From the NCBI GenBank assembly GCA_964599875.1, contig CAZRHE010000001.1, forward strand, positions 59,411 through 123,410: DNA of 64,000 bases, given 5' to 3'. Each line of letters opens with the position of its first letter. Positions within the stretch are counted from its first letter, which is position 1. Origin of the DNA: an uncultured Bacteroidaceae bacterium (GTDB taxonomy: Bacteria; Bacillota; Clostridia; Christensenellales; CAG-917). Positions 27,210 to 35,019 of this stretch are shown here, one piece after another. Under the pieces are notes generated by a model. The model was not told the origin of the DNA. It was given only the letters and a program-made list of their open reading frames with translations, and made no database searches. The translations under genes and the position numbers were made by a program.

Positions 27210-29045
27210 TTAAAAGAGTATTGTTTCGCCGCTCTCAACGCCGACGCGGGCGTTGTCGAGGTCTATTGCAAGGCGCGCGGTTTCACCGACGGTGAGTACG
27301 CCTTCGACGTAAATTTTTTCGTTGCCGATTTCGACGACGGAATACTTCTTTTCGCCGTAATCCGCAACCGACGCGACTTTGACGTCTATCGTGGGATAAC
27401 ATTCGTTTTCTCTTGCGAGCCTCACGTTAGAGGTTGAGAGATATAAGGAATATTTATCCTTGAATATCTTTTTGCCGAGGCGATACATTTTTTTGTTAAA
27501 TTCGTAATACGCCTCAATCTCTCTGCCGTCGCCGAAAACGAGATAGTGCTTTAATATAGTTTTGTTATCCTCTTTGACTTTGCGCTTTTCGTATTTGAAG
27601 ACGATGCGAGAAGTTTCGCAGACCGCCTCGACGACCGCCGACCCGATGATTTCGAGTTTGCTCACGTCAAGACCGAAAGAGGTTTTATCCGAGAAATCTC
27701 CGAGCGCAAACAAGTCTTCTCCGCCCGCGCGGACGATAGAAACTTTGCCGTCGGGCGTGCCGATAACTCGTTTCGTCGCAAGGGGAATATCTCCGTCCGT
27801 AAACGCACCGACGGGAACCACGACTTGCACTTTTCCGTCTTCGACAGCGCTTGCCTGTTGTTCCGCCAATTTAACGGTTCCGCCCAAAATATGCAGTTTA
27901 TCCGCCTTTTTCGTGCAGTTAATCGTCTTTTTCTGCGAATATTGCGGCATAAGCGTTTGTTCGGTTTCGCCGTCGAAAACGTGAAGTCTGCTCACGTCTG
28001 CATAAAGGGTCATGCTTTCGTCCGTCGCTTCCGTTCCGCTTGCGCCGTAGCCGACTATTTCCGCTCCGTTGATTCTTCCGTGGAGCACGGTATGCGTGCA
28101 AAGTTCTTCGACGACTTCAACGGGCACGTCGAGTTCGACGTCAGTCGCGCGTCTGCGAGAAGTCGTGACGTCTTCGGGGCGCAGACCGACCGTGATTTTT
28201 TTGCCGTCTATGAGCGCGCTTTCGTCGAAACGAAGTTTAAGTTCACCGTCGAGCGGGAAATCACCGACGACGGTTTTTGCGACGAGTCCGTTTTCGCCGA
28301 CGCTCAAAGTGCCGTCCCAAAAGTTCATTTGAGGACTGCCGATGAAACTTGCGACAAACTTGTTCGCGGGATAGTTGTATAGGTATTCGGGAGAGCCCGT
28401 TTGCATAATGCAACCGTCCCTCATCGCCACTATGATATCTCCCATCGTCATCGCTTCGGTTTGGTCGTGGGTGACGTACACGAAGGTCGCTTTAAGACGA
28501 TGATGCAGGGCAAGGATTTCTCCCCTCATCTTTGCGCGAAGTTTTGCGTCGAGGTTCGAAAGCGGTTCGTCGAGAAGGAACAAATCGGGCTGACGCACGA
28601 TTGCTCTGCCGAGTGCGACGCGCTGTTTTTGCCCGCCCGAAAGTTGGGAGGGCTTTCTGCCGAGATACTCTGTCAAATTGAGCATTTCGGCGACGTTTTC
28701 CACTCTCTCCTTTATGACCGCCTTATCCTCTCCGTGCATACGAAGTCCGAAAGAAATGTTGTCGTAGACGTTCATATTCGGGAAGAGTGCGTAACTTTGG
28801 AACACCATGGAGATATTTCTTTCCTTAGGCGGCAAGCCGTTTACAAGTCTGTCCCCGATATAGATATCTCCCGAGGTGATTTTTTCAAGTCCCGCAATCA
28901 TACGAAGAGCGGTACTCTTTCCGCAACCCGACGGACCGACGAACACGACGAATTTTCCGTCCTCTACGTCAAGGCAGAAATCTTTCAGTGCGTGCACTCC
29001 TCCGTCGTATATTTTGTTTGCGTGGAATAATTTTAATCTAGCCAT
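27210..29045 (-). CDS. MalK/UgpC-type sugar ABC ATPase with a ~235-aa C-terminal extension (611 aa)
   Basis: GPSGCGKST, LSGGQKQR and LFLLDEPLSNLD. The normal TOBE-type end (LHVFDGETEQTL at about aa 375) is followed by another ~235 aa ending in a TOBE-like ARLAIDLDNARVGVESGETILF. Confidence 0.8.
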   Translation of the reverse strand: MARLKLFHANKIYDGGVHALKDFCLDVEDGKFVVFVGPSGCGKSTALRMIAGLEKITSGDIYIGDRLVNGLPPKERNISMVFQSYALFPNMNVYDNISFGLRMHGEDKAVIKERVENVAEMLNLTEYLGRKPSQLSGGQKQRVALGRAIVRQPDLFLLDEPLSNLDAKLRAKMRGEILALHHRLKATFVYVTHDQTEAMTMGDIIVAMRDGCIMQTGSPEYLYNYPANKFVASFIGSPQMNFWDGTLSVGENGLVAKTVVGDFPLDGELKLRFDESALIDGKKITVGLRPEDVTTSRRRATDVELDVPVEVVEELCTHTVLHGRINGAEIVGYGASGTEATDESMTLYADVSRLHVFDGETEQTLMPQYSQKKTINCTKKADKLHILGGTVKLAEQQASAVEDGKVQVVVPVGAFTDGDIPLATKRVIGTPDGKVSIVRAGGEDLFALGDFSDKTSFGLDVSKLEIIGSAVVEAVCETSRIVFKYEKRKVKEDNKTILKHYLVFGDGREIEAYYEFNKKMYRLGKKIFKDKYSLYLSTSNVRLARENECYPTIDVKVASVADYGEKKYSVVEIGNEKIYVEGVLTVGETARLAIDLDNARVGVESGETILF

Positions 29046-29055
29046 ACTCTCCCCC

Positions 29056-29976
29056 TTAACCCTTGACGGCTCCGTCCATATTTCCGCCGAGAATGAACTT
29101 CTGCAAGAAGAAGAACGCGACTATCATAGGTGCGGACACCATGACCGCGCCCGCAAGCATGACGGGGAACGTGTTCGCGTCGTAACCGCCGTTGTACATA
29201 AGATTTCCGAGAGAAATCGCAAGAGTGTAGTTTTCTTCGCTCGTCAACGCAATCAACGGCCAGAGGAAGTTGTTGTAATTCCACATAAACGTCGTGATTC
29301 CGAGGACGATGAGAGTGGGTTTAACGATGGGCAGACACACCTTGAAGTAAACTCTGAAACTGCCCGCGCCGTCAATAAACGCCGCCTCTTCGATTTCCTT
29401 TTCGACCGCCATAAACTGCTGTCGCAGCAGGAACACGTTGTACACGCTCATCACGAACGGCAAAATTAACGCCCACAGAGTGTCGTACATGCCGAGGAAT
29501 TTGATGATGATGAAGTTGGGGATGAGCATAACGCACCCCGGTATCATCATAGACGTGAGGGATATAAGGAAAATTTTATCTCTGCCCGCGAATTTCATAC
29601 GCGCGAACGCATATGCCGAGAGAGAGTTCAAAAACAAGTTGACGACGGTGTTCACCACGCACACGATGATCGTATTCATGAACACCGTAGGAATGTTGAG
29701 TTCAATCCAAGCATCCTTGTAGTTGTCGAGGACAAAGTGGATATTTCCCAATTCATCTCTCGGCATAAACGAGAAAGTGTTGAATGCGTCGGGAGTTTTG
29801 AAAGAGGACAGCACGAGCCAGAGATAAGGAATGATGAACAGCAACGCGATAAAAATAAGCACGCCGTACACCCCTATTCTACCCAAAATATGGGATACGC
29901 TGTATCTTCTTTCAAAACGGAGTTTGCCGTATCTTTGAGGTGCGATAGGTTCCGCACAATTGAAATTATCTATCAT
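29056..29976 (-). CDS. Carbohydrate ABC transporter permease (MalG-like)
   Basis: 306 aa, 6 TM, with the EAA-type loop EEAAFIDGAGSFRVYFKVCLP. ATGA-coupled to the upstream permease. Confidence 0.85.
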   Translation of the reverse strand: MIDNFNCAEPIAPQRYGKLRFERRYSVSHILGRIGVYGVLIFIALLFIIPYLWLVLSSFKTPDAFNTFSFMPRDELGNIHFVLDNYKDAWIELNIPTVFMNTIIVCVVNTVVNLFLNSLSAYAFARMKFAGRDKIFLISLTSMMIPGCVMLIPNFIIIKFLGMYDTLWALILPFVMSVYNVFLLRQQFMAVEKEIEEAAFIDGAGSFRVYFKVCLPIVKPTLIVLGITTFMWNYNNFLWPLIALTSEENYTLAISLGNLMYNGGYDANTFPVMLAGAVMVSAPMIVAFFFLQKFILGGNMDGAVKG

Positions 29977-30893
29977 TTGGCAAACCTCCTTTTGTTTTTA
30001 GGCTTCGGATTCGCACCGATTACCGAGCGGAACTGGATGAGGGTAAGTCCCAAGAGTAGCAGGAACAAAATGAAGGACATCGCAGAGCCCGCGCCGATAG
30101 TGCCTATCGTGGGATTTATCTGCTCGTACACCCCGAAAACGAAAGTGTACGTCGAATAATTCGGCCCTTTCCCCGTCATCAAGTACATTTGTTCGAATGC
30201 TTGGAATCCGCCGATGATTCCCGTCACGGTGAAGAAAGACACCGTCGGCATAACGCCGGGGACTGTTATCGACCAGAACTGTTTGAACGCGCTTGCGCCC
30301 TCTATGGACGCCGCCTCGTACAAAGAACGGTCTATATTCTTCATCGCCGAAAGCATTATGAGGACGTTATATCCGAGTCCGCCCCATATCGACATAACCG
30401 CAAGGATTACAAGGTTCCAACCTTCCGTATACAGTAGGTTTATCTCCACTCCGAGCAGTTTATTGATAAGTCCCGCGCCCGGGTCGAGCATAAACGCCCA
30501 CAACGCGGTCACCGCAACGCTTGCGGTGACGGACGGGACGTAAAACGCCGTCTTGAAGAATCTCTCCCCTTTCACTTTCGTGTTGAGAAGAGCGGATACC
30601 GCAAGCGCAAGCAATATGTTCATAGGGACGGTCAGGAGGATATATTCCACCGAAACCAGTATGGATTGCCAAAAATGCTCGTGCGCGTTGTTTTTATTCG
30701 CCAACACCGCCACGTAGTTGTCAATGCCTACCCAATTGAAACTGCTGCTCACGCCGTTGTAGTCCGTGAAACTTATGATGAGCGCAATCAGCATGGGCGC
30801 CAATTGGAACACCAAAAAGTACGCGATGAGCGGCGAAACGAACAATAAACCTTGCGCGTTGCGTTTCAGTTTAATTTTCTGCTTCCTTTCCAT
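29973..30893 (-). CDS. Carbohydrate ABC transporter permease (MalF-like)
   Basis: 306 aa, 6 TM, with the EAA-type loop YEAASIEGASAFKQFWSITVP. Confidence 0.85.
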   Translation of the reverse strand: MERKQKIKLKRNAQGLLFVSPLIAYFLVFQLAPMLIALIISFTDYNGVSSSFNWVGIDNYVAVLANKNNAHEHFWQSILVSVEYILLTVPMNILLALAVSALLNTKVKGERFFKTAFYVPSVTASVAVTALWAFMLDPGAGLINKLLGVEINLLYTEGWNLVILAVMSIWGGLGYNVLIMLSAMKNIDRSLYEAASIEGASAFKQFWSITVPGVMPTVSFFTVTGIIGGFQAFEQMYLMTGKGPNYSTYTFVFGVYEQINPTIGTIGAGSAMSFILFLLLLGLTLIQFRSVIGANPKPKNKRRFAK

Positions 30894-30896
30894 AAA

Positions 30897-32153
30897 TTAC
30901 AGAGTAATGTTTTGTTTTGCAGTGCTTTGAGCCTTATCAAGTGCGGTTTTGACGTCTTTGCCGTTATCGATAATATCCGCGAGTGCGTCGGCAAGGTACA
31001 AGTCGTTGACCTTCATCCAGCCTGCCACGACGGGACGCGCGGACGCGCTTTCGAGTTGTTCGAGGACGACTTTCATGGTGTCTTGCAACGCTTGAGAATA
31101 TTTAGCACCCGTGATGGGGTCTTCGGTTCTGACTTTCGCATACGCCTTGATTGCGGAGAAGTTGTTTGCGATTGCAGTGTTCACGTTTTCTTCTTGGAGA
31201 AGGAATCTGATGAGTTGTTTGCATGCGTCGACGTTCTTTGTATTCTTGTTGATTGCGACGTTTTCTCCGCCGATGTTAGAATAACGTTCGCCGCCTTCAT
31301 TTTCAGAGATAAACAAAGACGCACCGAGTTTGTTTTCGCAGAAAGAGGGATTGTTGGTGAAGTAGTTGTAAATATCCGCGTTGTGCGCAAGCACGAACAT
31401 AACGTTTCCGTTGGTGAATGCATTGCTCGATTCACGCACGTTTTTGGGAGATTTGCTGTAAAGGTCTTTAATCATTTGACCCGCGCGGATCCCCGCTTCG
31501 TTGTTGAAAACGATTTGATTGCCCGAAATCATTTCTCCGCCCGCGCTCTTAAGGAATGCTTGGAAATACCAACTTGCATAACCGCCGGTGCCGATTCCGC
31601 CGAAGAGTGCCTTACCGCTACCGGGATTAAGCGAAAGCCATTCGCTCCAACTCTCGGGGACTTCGGTCACGAGGTCTTTGTTGTAAAGAATGATGCTCGT
31701 CGTGAGGGAGAAAGGCACTGCGTAGATATTGCCGTTGTATCTAATCGTATCCACAGCGACGTCGTAGAAATCGCTCAAATGCAATCCTTCTTCACCGTCC
31801 GCCGCGAAGAAACCTTCGTTGAGGTTGAGGCAGTACTCCGAAAAAGTGCCGAGCATGGGTTGGTCGAGGAAGAACACGTCGGGTTGTTTATCCGACATCA
31901 TGCTGGTTTGGATTTTCGTGTTGTAGTTATCCTTCGGCACGTAGGTAGGCACGACTGTGATTCCCGTTTGCTCGGTGAATTTTTCAAGCATTTCGTTGTA
32001 CGCCGTTTTCGCCTTGTTGTTCGCGGGAGAATACAACATAAGTCTGATGGTGTTGGGGTCGTTATCCGCGTCGTTGTTGCACGCGACGAGTAGCGTCGCA
32101 AGTGCGGCTACGACCATGATAATCGCAAGGAAAATTGCAATTTTTCTCTTCAT
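30897..32153 (-). CDS. Extracellular solute-binding lipoprotein of the sugar ABC importer
   Basis: Start re-set to the ATG at 32153 (GGAGGAAATT RBS). Lipobox LLVAC. The track start at 32423 adds 90 Arg-rich aa that overlap lacI. Confidence 0.8.
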   Translation of the reverse strand: MKRKIAIFLAIIMVVAALATLLVACNNDADNDPNTIRLMLYSPANNKAKTAYNEMLEKFTEQTGITVVPTYVPKDNYNTKIQTSMMSDKQPDVFFLDQPMLGTFSEYCLNLNEGFFAADGEEGLHLSDFYDVAVDTIRYNGNIYAVPFSLTTSIILYNKDLVTEVPESWSEWLSLNPGSGKALFGGIGTGGYASWYFQAFLKSAGGEMISGNQIVFNNEAGIRAGQMIKDLYSKSPKNVRESSNAFTNGNVMFVLAHNADIYNYFTNNPSFCENKLGASLFISENEGGERYSNIGGENVAINKNTKNVDACKQLIRFLLQEENVNTAIANNFSAIKAYAKVRTEDPITGAKYSQALQDTMKVVLEQLESASARPVVAGWMKVNDLYLADALADIIDNGKDVKTALDKAQSTAKQNITL

Positions 32154-32164
32154 AATTTCCTCCG

Positions 32165-33118
32165 TTAAGCCGAATGACCGACGGTCAGTTTCGGCAATAT
32201 TTTTATTTGTTTCGGCTCGTCGCCGTTGATCAACTCCATTATCGTGTCCGCAAGACGCACGCCGACTTCGTAAAGCGGTTGCTTGACGGTTGTCAGTTTG
32301 GGACTTGCGACCGCCTCGTGTCCGAATCCGTCGAATCCAACGACCGCCATATCGTCGGGGACGGAAATTCCTTCTTCGGACAGCGCGCGCATACAGCCTA
32401 TCGCCATGGTATCCGTCGCGCAAACTATCGAATCGAGTTTCACTCCTCTTTCAATCAGTTCTTTTGCAGCGGCGTATCCGCCCGCCTCGCTTGCGTCGCC
32501 GAACGAAATCTTGTTGTCGCGGACTTCGTATCCGCCGTTTTTCAAAGCGTCCTTATATCCGTTCAAACGCTCTTCGCCGTAGTGCATCTTTTGCGGAGCG
32601 CAGATTGCTCCCACGTGTTCGTATCCCTTTTCAAGAAGATATTCGACCGCTATTTTTTCTCCGTAGTAGTTGTCTACGTCCACCCACGAGGGATAATTTT
32701 CGTTGTTTCCGTACAGCACGACGGGCTTATCCGAACTTTTCATCGCAAGCAACGCTTTCTCTTCGTCGTGGGAGAGTCCCATCACGATTATCCCGTCGAA
32801 ACTCTCGTCGTCGGGCAGATTTCGGCTGAGTAGAATGGAATATCCGCATTCTCCCAGTCTTTCTCCGATTGCCGTAATCGTTTGCGACACGAATTGCTCG
32901 GTTGCGGACAACGCTTTCGGCACGTACACGAAGACGATATTCGTGCACTTGCGCGCGAGCGAGCGCGCAACCTTATTAGGATGATAGTTGAGTTCCTCGG
33001 CGGCGGACAAAATGCTTTCGAGGGTTTCGGGCTTGACAAGGTCGGGAGAATTGAACGCTCTCGACACCGTCATCACGGAAAAACCCGTCCTATTTGCAAT
33101 ATCCACTATCGTCGCCAT
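32165..33118 (-). CDS. LacI-family transcriptional regulator
   Basis: N-terminal HTH MATIVDIANRTGFSVMTVSRAFN followed by a periplasmic-binding-fold sugar sensor. Confidence 0.85.
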   Translation of the reverse strand: MATIVDIANRTGFSVMTVSRAFNSPDLVKPETLESILSAAEELNYHPNKVARSLARKCTNIVFVYVPKALSATEQFVSQTITAIGERLGECGYSILLSRNLPDDESFDGIIVMGLSHDEEKALLAMKSSDKPVVLYGNNENYPSWVDVDNYYGEKIAVEYLLEKGYEHVGAICAPQKMHYGEERLNGYKDALKNGGYEVRDNKISFGDASEAGGYAAAKELIERGVKLDSIVCATDTMAIGCMRALSEEGISVPDDMAVVGFDGFGHEAVASPKLTTVKQPLYEVGVRLADTIMELINGDEPKQIKILPKLTVGHSA

Positions 33119-33333
33119 ATCTTCCTTTGTCGAAAACGTATTCGTCTGTTGGATTTTTTCAACAGACGAAAGGGGCGCGCCCCTTTCCTCGATTTCACGA
33201 GCCTTGTTTATTTACTTTTTCCGTTAGTGCGAAAACCGCTTTTTCAGCCGTTTTTCGCCACCTTTCGTATATTCCCTCTCACGCCCTCACGCGAGGTGTT
33301 TTCGGAGAGAATTTTCACGACTTGTTCGCATTT

Positions 33334-33349
33334 ATGTTAGCGTTAACAT
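33334..33349. promoter_or_regulatory. Candidate LacI-family/cre-like operator
   Basis: ATGTTAGCGTTAACAT is 14/16 palindromic and fits TGnnAnCGnTnnCA. It lies about 215 nt upstream of lacI. Confidence 0.4.
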
Positions 33350-33539
33350 TTTTCGCTACAATAAATATATTTTCTGTCAAATATATCTTATATGTTTCCT
33401 CGTCTTTTGTCAATAGCATATTTTGGAAAAACTTGCAAAAACACACTCCGAAATCACTTTTCGATATTCTAACGGCATATTTTTTACAAGCGCATAAAAA
33501 ACCGCACACCCGTCGTTTATTTTTTGAAATTTGCGGCAA

Positions 33540-33570
33540 ATAGAAAACGGTTGCGACCGAGGACGCAACC
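33540..33570 (-). terminator. Rho-independent terminator after the MsmX-like ATPase gene
   Basis: Minus-strand GGTTGCG-TCCTCGGT-CGCAACC followed by GTTTTCTATTT. Confidence 0.65.
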
Positions 33571-33620
33571 GAAAAGATTGTCGAATTTTGTCTGAATTAT
33601 CAGAATATCGTCGTTTTTCG

Positions 33621-34805
33621 TCAAATCAAATTGACTTCGCTTTCTTTTCCGAAGAGGTGTAGCGCATCGCCGTCGAATTCAAACGAAATCACGCCGTTTT
33701 CGTCCACGAGTTTCTTGAAGTTGTCGTCCACGACCGCCATAGGAAGACAAAGGATAACTTCTTCTCCCTCGAAATCAACGTGCAAGTGATATTCACTGCC
33801 CATCATCTCCCCTACGATAATCTTTGCGCTGAACGCATCGTCGGAATTTGAAAGGACTATTTTTTCCGGACGCACGCCCAAAATAATATCCTGCGCCGCA
33901 ACTTCGTTTGCTTTGAGTTTTTCCACGATATCGTCGGACGGATAGATTGTCTTTCCCGCGATTTCGATAGAATAATTTTCGGTCAGTTTTGCTTGCAAAA
34001 AGTTCATTTTCGGAGTGCCGATAAATCCCGCAACGAAGAGATTGTGCGGATGATTAAAGACCTCTTTCGGAGTACCGACTTGCTGTATGACGCCGTCTTT
34101 CATGACTACGATTCTGTCGCCGAGGGTCATCGCTTCCACTTGGTCGTGAGTGACGTAAATGAAAGTCGTGTTTATGCGCTTGCGGAGCATGATAATTTCC
34201 GAGCGCATCTGGTGACGGAGTTTCGCGTCGAGGTTTGAAAGCGGCTCGTCCATAAGGAACACTTTGGGTTTGCGCACGATAGCGCGACCTATCGCAACTC
34301 TTTGACGCTGACCGCCCGACAGTGCTTTGGGTTTTCTGTCGAGATATTCGGTGATTTCGAGGATAGCCGCCGCCTCCCTCACCTTTTCGTCGATTTCCTG
34401 TTTCGTATACTTACGCTTGTAGATTTTGGGATTTCCGTTTTCGTCGAGAACGACGTTGCCGTTTTTATCCTTTTTGACGTCCTCTATGCGTTTCAGTTTC
34501 AACCCGAAAGCCATATTCCCGTACACGGTCATATTGGGATAAAGGGCGTAGTTTTGGAAGACCATCGCGATATCCCTATCTTTCGGCTCTTCGTCGTTGA
34601 CGAGTTTGTCGTCGATATAAATTTCGCCCTCGCTGATTTCTTCGAGTCCCGCTATCATGCGTAGCGTGGTGGACTTGCCGCAACCGGACGGTCCGACGAA
34701 AACCACGAATTCCTTGTCCGCGATTTCAAGATTGAAATCGTTGACCGCAGGCGTCTTACTGTTGTCGTAATACTTATAAACTTTTTTCAACGATACGTTT
34801 GCCAT
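33621..34805 (-). CDS. Stand-alone MsmX/UgpC-type sugar ABC ATPase
   Basis: Start re-set to the ATG at 34805 (GAAAGGAGAA RBS). GPSGCGKST, LSGGQRQR and VFLMDEPLSNLD. It carries a ~25-aa Lys/Asn-rich insertion (KRIEDVKKDKNGNVVLDENGNPKIYKRKYT) and has no adjacent permease genes. Confidence 0.8.
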   Translation of the reverse strand: MANVSLKKVYKYYDNSKTPAVNDFNLEIADKEFVVFVGPSGCGKSTTLRMIAGLEEISEGEIYIDDKLVNDEEPKDRDIAMVFQNYALYPNMTVYGNMAFGLKLKRIEDVKKDKNGNVVLDENGNPKIYKRKYTKQEIDEKVREAAAILEITEYLDRKPKALSGGQRQRVAIGRAIVRKPKVFLMDEPLSNLDAKLRHQMRSEIIMLRKRINTTFIYVTHDQVEAMTLGDRIVVMKDGVIQQVGTPKEVFNHPHNLFVAGFIGTPKMNFLQAKLTENYSIEIAGKTIYPSDDIVEKLKANEVAAQDIILGVRPEKIVLSNSDDAFSAKIIVGEMMGSEYHLHVDFEGEEVILCLPMAVVDDNFKKLVDENGVISFEFDGDALHLFGKESEVNLI

Positions 34806-34846
34806 AATCGTTCTCCTTTCAAGCGTCAGCCCTTGCACTTTTTCTC

Positions 34847-34867
34847 TTTCGACAAATTCTGCGTTTT
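34847..34867 (+). repeat. Copy 1 of a T-rich ~22-nt intergenic motif
   Basis: TTTCGACAAATTCTGCGTTTT, compared with TTTCGACAAAATTCTCCGTTTTT at 63846-63868. Confidence 0.5.
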
Positions 34868-34978
34868 ATCGTGCATTTTCGCATCTATAAACCGCGTTTT
34901 GCGCGTTTTGCCGAGTTTCGTTCCCGTTTCCGAGATTGGACTTTTATATTCTACGCGCCGCGGGAAGCCCGCCCCACG

Positions 34979-35014
34979 ACGTATTGTATCTCACAAACCG
35001 TCTTTATGCAAGAC
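34979..35014 (-). promoter_or_regulatory. Promoter copy A (drives the MsmX-like gene); 36-nt repeat shared with 37753-37788
   Basis: Minus strand GTCTTGCATAAAGACGGTTTGTGAGATACAATACGT. -35 TTGCAT at 35011-35006, 17-nt spacer, -10 TACAAT at 34988-34983. Confidence 0.6.
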
Positions 35015-35019
35015 TTAAT

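Noticed and set aside
34806-34975. 21-codon ORF (MRKCTIKRRICRKRKSARADA) in the leader of the MsmX-like gene as a possible leader peptide
   Set aside because: There is no RBS upstream of its ATG and no attenuator-like alternative structures that I could find.
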